From Chrysomallon squamiferum (lineage: Eukaryota > Animalia > Mollusca): a stretch of 64,000 bases of DNA. The stretch lies in the NCBI GenBank assembly GCA_012295275.1, contig CM022665.1, positions 12,214,001-12,278,000 on the forward strand, given 5' to 3'. Under the pieces are notes generated by a model, which worked only from the letters and a program-made list of their open reading frames with translations, did no database searches and was not told the origin of the DNA. Positions 1 through 14,168 of the stretch are shown piece after piece. The position numbers were made by a program, and so were the translations under genes. Every line of letters begins with the position of its first letter. Position 1 is the first letter of the stretch.

Positions 1-250
1 TGTTTTAATTTATTTTGTTTTGATTATCTTTATTATTATATATATATATTTATACTTTTTTTTTTAAATAGATTTTTTTGGTGTTTTGATGTTAAAAGAA
101 ACACCAGTATAATCATGTTTCTAGCACTTTAAACAAAATAAGTCATGCATTTTGCAGACAGAACAAATAATTAGCATGGTTTGGTTCTTTTTTAAGATTT
201 CTTCTATTTACTGTTTTCTACTTAATACACATTATCTTTTCATTTTAATA

Positions 251-358
251 AATTTTGTTTCTATTTATTATTGTATGTTTACAAAATACTAATTAGTCTT
301 AATGAATTTTGTTTTTATTTATTATTGTATGTTTACAAAACACAGATTAGTCTGAATA
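251..358. repeat. Tandem duplication of ~54 bp (2 copies)
   Basis: aattttgttt.tatttattattgtatgtttacaaaa.ac..attagtct occurs twice. Confidence 0.8.
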
Positions 359-2329
359 AAAAATTAAATATTATGTTTTTTTGTTAATCTAAGAAGTATA
401 ATGTTTATTTGTTTTTTGTTTTGTTTTTGTTTTTCAAAAACCTTTTTTTTAATTATCTTTATTTAAGCAAATTCAGAAGGGATGTAACTCCAATAAATGT
501 AAAAGTCAACCCATGTGGAATGGTTATGTCCTTTAACTTTAATTTATCAGTAAAGTATATTATTTCAGATATTAAAGAAGAAAAAAAAGTAAGTGTATTT
601 AATTAAATATAAAAATGTTTTGTCAGTATTTATTAAAGTTGCACAAATAATCTTTTTTTTAATTATAAATAAAAGTATTAATACTTCTTGTTTTAAATAT
701 TAAAGTAGAATATAGCCATTATGTACACATTCATTGTTTGTAGTATACTATATAACTGTATGTGTGTGCTAAAAACTATTTATTACCTTAGTATGCCGAG
801 TGTCGACAAAACCAAACTTTGCTTGAGTGTTTTCCAAATAAAATGATTTTGTTGTATTGTTTGTTAGTGTTGCAGAAATGTATTATTCAGTGACTTCGAT
901 CATTACCATCATTGATTCACAATATATTTTTTATTATCATGATAAGCTTCTTCAGGTAGAATATTTTAGTTAATATTGTTCTTGCCCTTTCCTAATTTTC
1001 TATTCACATTGTTATTCCCAGTCAGTATATTCATCACAACATAATTTCTGACATGAGAAAATAGCTGGTGCTTGACAACTAGTTTATTAAAATCAATGAT
1101 GTATCCTTTCCTATGAGTAGTAAGACATTCTTAAGATCGTTTCTGTTACTCATAGGAATAGTCCATGGAGTGGTGACATTGAGTTTCCAATTGCATGTTG
1201 CTGGTTCAGCATCTCCGATTTATAAATCTCTGAAAGCTTTTTGAACAGCTTAGGTAACGATAGCTTTTGTGCAGGGTTCATCATAGGATTAAACTGTTTG
1301 CATCATGCTATAATTATTGAAGATGTTGTATAAAATTATCTTCAAGCTTTATAGACAAACTATGTCAAATATAATTTTTTATATTTATTATTCATCAAAT
1401 TATTACATTCCAAAATTTGAGTATCTCAAAATATTTCTGATAGACAGTCAATCTGTATCTATTAAATGGTTAACTGACATCTCCCGTTACTATTAAAATG
1501 AGTTATTGTCTGTTCTTCAAGGAGATTCAGTGGTAAAGCACTAACTTTAGGAGCAAAGGCTTGCAAGATCAGTCATCTGAATGTTTCAGGCACTTTATAA
1601 TATCTATCTTTATACCAGTCACATTTTATTTTTATTTTTTTTTAATATATTTTTTTAAGTAATCATTAGTGCTAATAAACAGTCCTTTGATGCTAACTGG
1701 TAAGAGTAACTGACAGTATGGTGGGAACATCAAAAAAATATACGACTAATAATCATCATACATAAATAAAAAATAAAAATGGTGGAATTGTTAAACGTTT
1801 ATTCTCTATTTCTTTGTTTCAGAAATTTAATTTATAAAAAGTCAGAAACAAATGCAAATTTTGTTTTATTAATAAAATTTACTTATTTTTATATATACAT
1901 ATATATATATATATATATAAATATAAATAACAAAAAACAGGTCCTTTTCAGAAGTAATTTTAATGGTTTCCAATAATTTTGGAATAGCATAATTACAAAT
2001 ATTAAGGTTATCTGTATAACAGTTGTTTTACACACAGCTTGGCCATACAGCACTAAATAAACACTTCTGTCATCTGGTCCACATAATCTGTTTATTTGTT
2101 TAATTTTTATTTATGAGGTGGCAGGTGAGTGGATTAAAACCTTTAAAATTCTTCCAAAATATCCTGATAATTTATATGTACACTTTAATATTAATTATAT
2201 CTTTTGTAATCACACATTTTAAAATACCTCCACGGTTGCAGATGCTATTTTGTTATATATAATGATTCCAGGTTTTGTCCATGTATTCAAGAAAAAACAT
2301 AAAAGACAGAGAAAGCATATGAGTGTTTT

Positions 2330-2885
2330 TAAATACACCACAGTCATTATAAATCCCATGGTATTTTCTAAATCATAATAAATACATAGTTTTCTAAACA
2401 ATACAGTCATGACTTCACATTTATCTAAACAATTATAACAGTATTTATCTAAACATACTACACTTGAGGATTTATATGAGACTAACAATGTTCTTATCTA
2501 AACCACTGCCATAATATACTGGCATAAAAACACTGTCTTTACAAGTGGGAGTAAAAAAGTCTTATTATATAAACTGGCATAAAAAACAATATCTTTATGT
2601 TCAAGTCACAAGATAAAAGTAATAGATATCTAAAGCATGTTGGCAGGTGAATTGGTAATATCTAAACCATATGACCATAATATATTATCTAAACCATGGA
2701 TCTACTGATATTTTTAAATAAAAACCTTGGAAACATAATACACAAGTTAATAGTTATCTAAACCATGGAGTCATAGTACAAAAGTCATCAGTTATCTAAA
2801 CCATGAAGTAACTTTATAAAAGTCATCAGTTATCTAACCCATGTAGTAGCTTTTATAAACGTCATCAGTTATCTAAACCATGGAG
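2330..2885. repeat. Degenerate ~35-38 bp minisatellite whose terminal unit is the MRPL23 PWFR* end
   Basis: Recurrent gttatctaaaccatg core, best conserved next to the CDS. Confidence 0.8.
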
Positions 2886-3024
2886 GCAAACTAAGTTTAG
2901 ACCAGTATGCCTGTTCAGTTTTCTGTTGTCTGAATTTTAACTTTTTATATTCGTCAAGCTCCTTGTCTGATGAGGTCTTCCTGTCTTTAAATATGTCTGG
3001 AAAGTCAAAAGTGACTCCATCTCC
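2869..3024 (-). CDS. MRPL23: MRPL23 exon 5 (GDGVTFDFPDIF...LSLPPWFR*)
   Basis: tttttgcag| acceptor, FxFPDIF and terminal PxWF motifs, TAA stop. Confidence 0.94.
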   Translation of the reverse strand, partial: GDGVTFDFPDIFKDRKTSSDKELDEYKKLKFRQQKTEQAYWSKLSLPPWFR

Positions 3025-3554
3025 CTGCAAAAATAAATTGTAAAAAACTGTTAATTATTTTTTAATTTATTTATTTATTTATTTATTTATTTATTACCAA
3101 TATAAGAATTATTAAAGAATTTAAAAAAAAAAAAATAAAAAAAAATAAAAAAAAAAAAATAATAATAAAAAAAAAAAAAAAAAAAAATTGTATTTCATAA
3201 ATAAATATCCTGTGTATATCTTCCTATTATTCCACCCAGTGTTCTCTGTTTACAAGTTGCATTTTGGTTACAACATGAGATTGTATGTGTGCATTTTTGT
3301 ATTGTGAGTGGGTGTGTCTGTATGTCTTTCTCTCTCTCCCCTCCCACACACATCCTGTTGGGAAGGGAAGTATTTTTTTTTTCCTCATCTAAACACTGGT
3401 CAGTTTATTAAAAATATTTGGGAAAGATATATGATTATCTGTCTTTCGATCCATCCATCTATCCACCTAATGTAGCTAATCAATCTATCCATCTAATCTA
3501 TGCAGATAGAAAGAAAGAGAAGTGGAATGTGAAAAAATATTCATTTTATCAAAA

Positions 3555-3585
<31 letters not shown>

Positions 3586-4521
3586 TAAAAATAATAAAAA
3601 TAATAATAATAACCCATTCTTATTTGAATCTTTCATTACAAATAATGTTTAAAATTATTCTCCAAGTCACAAATTTTAGCTTTATTTATTTTCTTAAAAA
3701 TGTATTTAAAAAAAAACAAAAAGATTCATATAAAGAAATAATCAAAAAGACAGTTTTATTCTATCACTGAAAATTTTCCAGGCACTTTCTCTTTCAACTG
3801 TTTACAGTTTGCAAATACTGTGTGTAATTAGCAATGAATATGGAACAGATTTTCCAGTGATCCTTTGGTAGAAAAACTGAACTAATGCTGCTAAATGTGT
3901 CTTCAGATAAGACCCAAGCAAAGGTAATTACCCAACTTTCTGGCCTGTAACTATGGCAACAGAAAAGTAACCTCGAATTCAGCAAGTTGTCTATTAGCAA
4001 ATTTTGATTAAGAAATGTCAGGTAAGAAATATTAATATTTTTAAAAAAAAAAAAAATCCAAAACCAAGAAATTAAAATTTATTATGAATTTTCGCCATAA
4101 ATGACCAAATTGTTCATAGATTTTTCTGATTTCCTCTAAATAATATATATATATATATATATATTTGTGTATGTAAACTTACATGCACAGATAATAGCAA
4201 ATGGACAAATGTAATTAAAAGAATACTATTTACTGACAAAGATTTCAGAGTTATTTTGTTCTTTGTGATCCAGCAGTACAACCAAGTTTAGAAACAAGTG
4301 TATGAACATAAAGTAACCAGAACCCTATCATTTTATACAGAAAATTTCAATTTTTAATTGAACAGTAATGAAAATAAATTTTAAATAAAAAAGATTAATA
4401 AATAAAATAAATGATAAAGAAACAAAATCAACCAAACTAAATACATAATAAACAAAATAAATAAAATAAACAATGATTAACAACCAAAAAATATACATTA
4501 AAAAACCCTAAATAAATAATG

Positions 4522-4554
<33 letters not shown>

Positions 4555-4588
4555 CAAACAAACAAACAAATAAATAAACACAACTTAC

Positions 4589-4665
4589 TAGCTGTATATA
4601 GGCATACTTTATGTCATCTTCAATACCTTGTATGTGTTCTGTAACTGGATGTTTGATTTCATTTC
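4589..4665 (-). CDS. MRPL23: MRPL23 exon 4 (NEIKHPVTEHIQGIEDDIKYAYIQL)
   Basis: ttttgtcag| acceptor, CTA|gtaagt donor, K.AY.QL motif. Confidence 0.94.
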
Positions 4666-4866
4666 CTGACAAAATAAAATTATATAGAGCTTAAGTGTAC
4701 AAAGGGAACAAATAAAAAGCCAAAAATATAGTTATTTAAGTTCAGTTTGATTGTTTTATATGAACTAATCACTGAACCATTGGTAATAATAAAGTATGAC
4801 AATAAAACAACAAGATCTAGATTTTCAGAAAAAGAAAGAAAGAAAGAAATATAATGAAAAAAATTC

Positions 4867-4902
<36 letters not shown>

Positions 4903-4989
4903 ACAGAGATTAGTGTTAGCAAAACTGTAAAAATAAGGAAGCACTTTTCAACAGCACACTTATTATTACTATGATTACAAAAAATACTA

Positions 4990-5270
4990 GGTCAGCCACA
5001 GGGTTCATTTGAGGATAACTATTTATATATTGAAATCTGGATAAAGTGCTTAACTATACAGTGGGATCAAATTTAACTGAATAACATTCTCTGGATTTGA
5101 CAGTGGAACCAAATGTTAACATTAACTGTATTATACAGTGAAACTACTTATTATCACACCATCTGGATTACACAGGAACCACTTTTTAATACATTATCTG
5201 TTTTAGACAGTGGAGTCCCAAATTAATATACTAAATGCTATACACAGTGGAACCTCATATTAACATAATA
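4990..5270. repeat. Degenerate minisatellite (acagtggaacc core)
   Basis: About six acagtgg/acagtga-type cores spaced 35-41 bp apart. Confidence 0.6.
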
Positions 5271-5287
5271 ATATTTTGTATTTAACA

Positions 5288-5338
<51 letters not shown>

Positions 5339-6825
5339 CAGCTTTAGTTACAGCTTTAAATATTTGCCAACTGAAATATTACAAACAATATCAAAAATGG
5401 ATGTCCTTAAAATTGCAAGTATTAAGACATATCATTAGGGTGGATATTGCTGAATGTTAAGATCACTAACAATTTATTGTAAAAGTAATTAAGACGGGAA
5501 AGCATCAAAGTTATAATCAAATTAGCTGGTCTTGATGGTATGAAAGAGGAAACCTTCACCCAACATTCAATTAGCTGCCTGTACGGACCTTCCCATAAGC
5601 AGGAGAAAATGCACAACAGGATATAATAAGCTAGTTGTAGTACTATAGGCAGGAATGGAAAACAGCTCACTAGAAACACTAAATAAAATAGATTTACTGA
5701 CCTATCAATGCCGGAGGGAAATTCATTATATTATGGAATGAATTATATTATGGCTCTTTTGTACTACCAACCCAAAGAGGTGACTAAATATATACACACA
5801 AAAATCTTCTGTATTCTCAGCTTATTTCAGATTGACCGATTTCTGTCCCTAATCACATCAGGTAATAATTACAATTGTTGTCCGATCAGAAAGTGGCAAA
5901 TTACTGTTATTAGTGGTATTGCCAGAACACAACACGGATTACCTCACAGCCCTGAACGCTTGTATAACCACGGAATTGACAAAATGGCATTCTGTAGCTA
6001 GGCAGATAAACTTAGTTACTGAATTATTTTCAAAAGTAAAAATGACAGACAAAATAAGATAAATAAGCAAATAAATGAATGAATTAATAATTAAATAAAT
6101 CAATGAGTAAGTAAATAATAATAAAATACATGATAACAACAACAACAACAACAATAATTTTGTTGATGTAAGGACGTTTTTAAAATAGTAAATTGAAGAA
6201 ATAATTGTTTATCTTGAACAGTTTAAATACAGAACTCTGAATTCTAAAAAGTATATTCCTTTGTCAAACCAAATATAAAATAATACAAATATTTAGATCA
6301 TTACTTAGAAAAGTTGATTTAGAAAAAACATCATAATAAAATATGTATATATTGTTATTTCAATTTGTTCTCTTACTACGATCACATTTTCAGTCCTAAA
6401 ATCTAAATTCAAACTACACTGAATTATTATAAAAATCTCACATATAATAATCCATAACTATAGTATTTCTTTAAGAAAGCTTTGGACAAAGAAATGCTTG
6501 TTACATAGCGTAGCTGCAAATTAATTAGAATACGTCTAACAGTGGATCACATTACATACCAGGTAGATGAAACTTGTTAGAAATATTAATTAGTTTCATT
6601 TACCCTTTGCAGTTAATTAATGCACTAATTAAAACTGTATTAAAAATAAAATGAACTAATGAAAGCTGTTTTCTATTTCAGTAATAACAGAATAATATTT
6701 AAATAAATATTAATAGGTAAAATAACAAAAATACATGTAAAATAAAATAAATAAAAATAAATAAATGTGATGTTAAGTCTGACATGTGCCAATTTATTAA
6801 AACATTTTCACTTATCTATGTATTT

Positions 6826-6881
<56 letters not shown>

Positions 6882-8259
6882 TACATATACAGATTCACTC
6901 AAACTAAACAACCACAACAATTTTACACAAGATTAAAATGAAACAAAAACAACTGAACAGAAAACAAAAACCATCAGCTTTCATCTTTCACTGTTGATAC
7001 ACAAACACACCAAACTGAACAATATCTTCTCAAGTGAGGCATACATGAAGGACTTTCCATGTCATCAGCCAGCTAATACATGGTGACAAGATTAAAAGCT
7101 ACCATATGCTGGCACATCAACTGATAATGTACCTCATGCTTCGTCTGGCAGAATGATCAAGTTAAAAACTGTTTGCTGGTATTCCACAAATTTCAGAATG
7201 GATTCCATTGTTCACAGTGTGAAGTCAGAACAGATCAAAGCAAAGCTAGCTGTATCAGAAGTGGAAATAACTCAGGATTTATTAAAGCAAACAGGATACC
7301 TGTATCTATCCCAGGGTTTTTCAAACCAATCTTACTATAACAAAAATTCAAATTTATCTACTCTACACTAAAGGGTTTATTAAAGAAGAGTAGTAAATAT
7401 GTTACACATGATCTACCCCTGGATTATTCAATGCAATGCATATTACAAGAAACAGGTTATATTTTAGGGCATAACAAAACCAACAAGCACTGTAAAATTA
7501 CATGGAAGCTATATCCCATTAAAACATATATATCCATGTATATTGTAACAAACAGGTTACGTGTATATATATCTAGTTTTATGACAGCTGTACTGATTAC
7601 AACAAATACATTGTATCTACCCCAGAGTTTAAAAAAAAGCAATACTAAATATACAGATTAGATATATTCAACCAAAGTTGCTTTATGTATATATATTAAA
7701 TACTAAGTACATATAAGAAGCTTCCTTTACTATTTGATTTTTAAATTTTTAATATTTTTTGATGCCATCAGTTTATTGTCATTAGACAGAAAAAATAAAA
7801 TAAAATATAATAAAATAACAAATTAGATATAAACTTTAAGTTAAACATATATTTTACAGCAATGAATGACACAGAGTAAAACTCTCTATGTTAAGCTAAT
7901 CAAGCAATACAACTGAAAATCTTGCTGGATGATCTTTGTATATGAAAACAAAGAAATTATAATAGTTAAAAGAATAAATAATGAATTAATAACTTAAAGT
8001 TTTTAAATGGTCAGATTTTTTTTGATTTTTTTATAATGATAAAATGCAGTAAATAATTTCCTTAAAAATATATATAAAGTAATGACAATTTACGAATGTA
8101 ATATATGAGAAAAAAATAAATAATAAATAAACAAATAAAATAAAATAAAATAATAATTACTTTCATGGATCAACACACTCCAATGAATAAATGTTTTTAA
8201 GCATGCATCATTAAATGTATACATTTTGAAAATAATCTCTTACAAAAACAAAAACTCAC

Positions 8260-8342
8260 CTTTACGAATTTCAGTTCTAACAGACAAAACAGGTACACTG
8301 TAAATTTTTTCCAGGTAATTTTTAATATCAATACGGCTCATT
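8260..8342 (-). CDS. MRPL23: MRPL23 exon 3 (MSRIDIKNYLEKIYSVPVLSVRTEIRK-G)
   Basis: tttttcag| acceptor, G|gtgagt donor, core L23 motif. Confidence 0.96.
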
Positions 8343-8581
8343 CTGAAAAACAAAAGGTCATTACATTATTGTTAAAGGTCTACAACAATAAAAGTCATTG
8401 ATACTATGTTACAAATATATTAACCCACCCAATTTAACATGCAGACAAATATTATATGTGACTGTCTGTCTGTCTGTATCTGCCTACACATGCACACACA
8501 CAAACACCACAGACACTAAAATTAAATTAAAAAAACAAAAAAGCTTTTGAATGGAAGAGGTTTACTGTACTTGTACACACA

Positions 8582-8612
<31 letters not shown>

Positions 8613-10729
8613 TCACACACACACACACACACACTTCATATTTTTTTTGATATGGTCGAACTAAAGCTACATTAATTTCCAAACACAAACAGTAAGATTC
8701 ATGTATACACTGTTTCACTGATGGATTTATTAACCTACTTCATTCTACCACAACCAGCACTGCAGGGTAATATTCTCTTATATAACACACATAATAGGTA
8801 GGTGTTAATAACTAGCAGAAGTCAGCGATACATTTAATATTCTTAGTAACCACCAACAAAGAACCAGGTTAATCGTGCTGGCATCGAGAAAAGTCACGTA
8901 CACAACAAATTTTTAAAATCATATCATCAAAACGAAAAGAAAAAAAAAAACAAGAAAAAAACACACAAATAAAATGAAAAAAGAAAATAATTATTGAACT
9001 TTTCATATGTTTTACTGTTTGTACAATTTTATAAAGTTGAGTACAAACAGTAAAATATTCATGAAATGCTAAGCATGTATAAATTATTGTAAATTTTATT
9101 ATTATTAATTTTATAGTATTTAAATTGATCAGAATGGATGAAAATATGAGGAAAGAAAGAAAAATGATGAGAGAAAAAAATCAGACATTAATTTGACGAT
9201 TTTTTTTTCAATTCCATTTATTAATTTGTCTTTGTTGTTGTGTTATTATGGGTCTACATATGATTAGAAAAATATATGGAATATATAAGATAACTGATAT
9301 TATAATGCAAGTAATAGAACAACAATGATTGACTAATAAATTCTTCCTTTAAATTTAGTTTTACTCATTGTGAGGTTTAATGAAGCTCTGTTGTATATTA
9401 CTAAGCAGAGGCAAGAAGAGTACAAAATAGCATCCACCTATCTGTGACTTGTGAAAAAATTAGCATACCCATTTTTAAAAACCTCACACAACAAATTTCT
9501 ACACTCTTACTTTCAGCTTTTACAGATGATTGGAAATGGGGTATTTAAATTTCCTGTGACTCTGTAAGATACCATGGCACTAACTATGGCCATAATTTGA
9601 AGGAAATACTGTATTACCTTTAATTGTTGTGCCATTTTAAGATGCAGGTGCTGATGCTTGTGCTTTTCCAGTATTGTGTATTGTAAATGTTATAAATGTT
9701 GGGCCCTTTCAGTAAGTTCTAAATTTTGTATATTTCCAGTATAATGAAAATGGTTCATCTTTCCTAGAAATGATATAATGCCTTGAGTATGTTGTAAATA
9801 GTGGGCCTCTATTGATGTCATAAAAATTTTACAATTTTTTCTTAAGTATGTTTTAAATGTTTTACCATTCCAGTATTTGGTAAATGCTGAGCATTTCTAG
9901 TATTACATAATCAACATTTCCAGTAACTAATGCTCATTTCCAGTCACACAATAATTGGCTATGTTACATGTATTTAGTTACTGTTCTCGCAGTACCGGGA
10001 GATAATCAGATTTTTGTACTTCTAACAGTAAAAATACATCTTTCTGAGAAACTAGTCAATTTACTGTTATGTATTTTGATTACACAAACTTGTATCATAT
10101 GTCAGTGATCTCCATAACAAACATGTGTGTGTGTGTGGCTGGAATCAATAACCAGTATTAATCTTCTGTTATGTAAGAAGACAATTTACTACATATAGGC
10201 CTGCCTGGGTGGAAAGAGAATGAGAAAAAAAACAAAAACGATTACATGTGAATGACCAAGAATGCAAAGACCAATGTTACATGGACTCCAAGCGAAGAAT
10301 CAGGTTAATAATTTAAACAATAGGTCACTGATGGTTCCAGACTTTTCTGACCACTCCTTCTTCGATGACCAACACGTTCGCATTTTTAATCATACAAAAA
10401 TAAGAGTGCTTAACATACGTTAATATCAAAGATCGGTGAAAAAAAAAAAAAAAAAGACAAAAGAGGTGGAGCTTAAAAATTGTAGGTTAATATGAATGAC
10501 AGCTACGAAGTTATATATGATACAAACGTGCGAATTAGATCATTTCATTTGAGATTACCTGTGATAATTAATGCAAGTGTACACTGACAGTTTCACTTGG
10601 ACAAATGATATACATGTTGCTTCGAAGGGATGGATTTTCTGCTGATGTTTGGAACTAAAATTTTATATGTAGTTTTTAAGGGTTAAAATGTATGAGAAGT
10701 TGTATTCGGGGAAGTGTAGTACAGCAACA

Positions 10730-10828
10730 ATGGCTGCTGAAGGACCAAACAGACTGAGATGTCAAACCATTGCCACATCACAGAACAAGCATCTGGCAAT
10801 GGTCATCGATTACAACAAACCACCAAAG
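10730..10828 (+). CDS. Candidate upstream coding exon of the Bcl-2-family gene (MAAEGPNRLRCQTIATSQNKHLAMVIDYNKPPK); an alternative in-frame ATG lies at 10688
   Basis: acaATGG Kozak context, 33 open codons and a phase-0 AAG|gtattt donor that joins in frame to the acceptor at 18077. A local CpG cluster lies upstream (~10290-10710). Confidence 0.55.
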
Positions 10829-12083
10829 GTATTTTGAATATTTTGTAAAAATGTTTTCAATAATTTGTGTGTATGTTGGTGAATGTGCATGCGTTTTGTG
10901 TGTGCATATTTCTTTTTTCATACCTGTCCTTCATTCATAATTAAGAAATGACAAAATTTTTTAAAAAAGAAGATTTATTTTACTAAAGAATAATGATAAT
11001 AACACAATGATAATCATAGCTGTAAGAATAACAGCAGTATACATACATGTATATATTTGGCTTGTTAGTGTAATTTGAAAAAGAACAAGAGAACACATCA
11101 GAGAAACTCTTGAACAGTATTTCCATTAATACATGCATACCTAACATCTTAATTTCAGATGCTGAAGCAAATATATTCAAAAATAAGGTTAACAACTTAA
11201 TCTTGATAAATAAAATAAGAGCAAATTTAAGGAAAGAAGAAAATAAACTATTAAGTCTTTATATAAATACTCTTAAGGTTTCTTCAAAGCAAATGAAAAC
11301 ATACTTGAGTGACAAGTCAAGGAACTCCTGTTTGGATTAAGTTAAACTATATTTACTGCCAGTTACAATTAAGTATTTACTTTGTATCTACTCTATGGTA
11401 TACTGAACTCTGTATATGGAAATGTTTATCGACTTAGTGCCGAGTGTAAATTAGTGAGGCATATTCACTATTGTTAGCCATTATGCAATCTTTGTAATCG
11501 ACTGTGGTTTAGAAAGAGGTAAATCAACTCTAGATTTAAAATATTAAGATTATTATATATAACTATTTGAATGAGTATATGAATAAATATAAGCGAATGA
11601 CATATGTACATGTTTGTGTGTGTATGTGTGTGTGTGCGTGCGTGCATGCATGCCTGCTTTTATGAACATGCATATGTGTATGACTAATAATAATATTGTT
11701 TAAATTTACTTGAAACAGGCAGAGCAGGGCTAGCATGCATATTTATTGTCAGGTCTCCAAAAGTATAAATTCTATATGCTTGAACAGTTCCCAGGTAGTC
11801 CAAGACAAACAAATGTCCTGCCTAATTCAAAGAAACAAATCAGTTTCCACTGCTGTATAAACATTTTTCACTCTATGTACATGTGTATGCATGTATGTGT
11901 GTGTGTGGGGAGGCTTGCTTGTGTGTTTATAACAGAAGCTTGGTGGAGGAGTACTTCATTTAATGTCAGGTCTCAATGTGCTTGAATATTTTCCAAGTTT
12001 AGTTATTCCAAAAGAAACTAATGAACTACCAAACACAAATATCTCTGAAACAAAAGATACAAATCACCATTTTTTACTTTTAT

Positions 12084-12314
12084 ATTACTACTAGTCTTTC
12101 TGACTGGTGACTACCATTTCACTACAGTCAACTGTTACTACTAGTCTTTCTGACTGGTGACTACCATTTCACTACAGTCAACTGATACTGTTAGTCTTTC
12201 TGACTGGTGACTACCATTTCACTACAGTCAACTGACACTGTTAGTCTTTCTGACTGGTGACTACCATTTCACTACAGTCAACTGATACTGCTAGTCTTTC
12301 TGACTGGTGACTAC
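12084..12314. repeat. 50-bp tandem repeat, ~4.6 near-identical copies with an internal inverted repeat
   Basis: tagtctttctgactggtgactaccatttcactacagtcaactg units at 12092, 12142, 12192, 12242 and a partial at 12292. Confidence 0.95.
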
Positions 12315-14018
12315 AACTACAACAAATATAACTTGTTATAGTGTAATCATATTATTCACTTATATCTGAACAAAACATAGTAACAGGGATCCAATAAACA
12401 TGGATCTTGTATCTAACATTATTTAGAAAATAAGCATGTGATAATATGTTGCAAAAATGTTTTGTGCTGTATTTATTAAACAAGTATAGAAACAACCTCA
12501 AAGAACTTAACTACCGCCACAAACTTGTTTCTGCTTTTTAATGCCATTTTCTAAAAGGCATTAGGACAAATACAACTAATGCTTTAAAATGATTGCATTT
12601 TTATTTCTGTGAACAGTGAAGACATGAATAGTTAAAATGTATTACAAAAGTTTCAGCCACTGTCTTAATTACAACTTACAGATCATGCCATTTGTCAGCC
12701 ACATTAAAGACTGTCTGTGTTCTTTGTGATCTTATGAACAGCCAAAACAATTTACTGAGCATGAATAGGTTTCATAGCACTCACCCCTGGATGAGTTTTT
12801 TGTTGATACCTTCTCAATTTACCAAGTACCAAGTAGTGAACTGTTCCTTTCTCACATTCATGAATGCACCATTTACAGATAGAACGAATGGCTTCAACTG
12901 ATCTGTGCAGCCAACTGGGACAACTCTTATTTTAAAATGCTCTTTATGCAAAAGATCAAGGAATAACTTGCAGCAAAATGCAGCAAACACACTGAAAGTC
13001 ACTAATATATTTAATCGCAGAGGCAAATTTAGATTTTTCTTGACATTTTTTAATATATATATATATATATATATGTATATATGTCCTTCTGGAAGGTGTT
13101 AAAAAAGTTCAGCATGTTACCAGTGAAAAATTTCCAAATTATATGATTTTCAGTGCATACCATGCTTTGTCTCCACTGCTCAGTACAAGCTGAAAACCCC
13201 CCAACTATAAACATAAAGGTAACAAGACAATCAATTAAAATAACACCAACTCCAAAGATACTAACACAATTTATAAAGCAAGGGATGGACTATCTGCAAT
13301 AATGATTTTACATTGTCTAGTGCAGCTGACTCATGATAGTCAGATGACCTGGGGTTTTTTGGGGTAGATGACCCATGATATAATTTGCATTAAATTCCTG
13401 AAATATAGGATGTGAATCAGTTCCTAGCTGCTGTGTTTATGTATAACATCTTGGAATTGCCAATAACAAATATAAAAGCACAAGCCTGGACACATTAACA
13501 ATATATAATATCCTTGTAAATACAGCTGTTTGGTTAACAGCATCTGATTTATAGATATTAATTTATTGTCATTACGTATGTGATATAAACAAAAATACTC
13601 TATCCAATAAAATGTTATGAAAACATTGATAAACACGAGTATCCTGTTTTATATGCACACATCTATGTTGTATTCATGTGATATATGATAAAAACACACA
13701 TATCCTGTTACCTATACACCTAGTCACATCAGTATGAAATAGATACTGGTTAATTAGTGTAGCTCTAGTTATAATAATATCCTGGACTGAAAACTTTAAC
13801 TGAATTTACCTGTGACTATCCCTAATTTCTATACACGTTAAAATGCACGTATCTAACACTTCACAAAGTACAAAGTTGTGTTTAATGTATCCGTGAATTG
13901 GGAAATAAACAGGACATATTAATAAATATGTCAGCTAACTTGAACAAAGGACAGCACTGCTGAAGTGAACACACCTATACATAACAATGTTTGTATATGG
14001 CATGTGAACGGATGTGTG

Positions 14019-14061
<43 letters not shown>

Positions 14062-14168
14062 TAGTAATAATGTAAAGTGCATCTGTAAGTGCATGTGCGT
14101 GCGTGCGTGTGTGTTTTTACATATGCATGGATGTATGTATGAGAAAAATTAGTTTTTCATGTTTAGTA

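Noticed and set aside
6970-7070. Possible intronic C/D snoRNA on the minus strand (TGATGA…CTGA ~95 nt apart)
   Set aside because: Box C lacks the leading purine, there is no terminal stem, and no rRNA-complementary guide was recognised.
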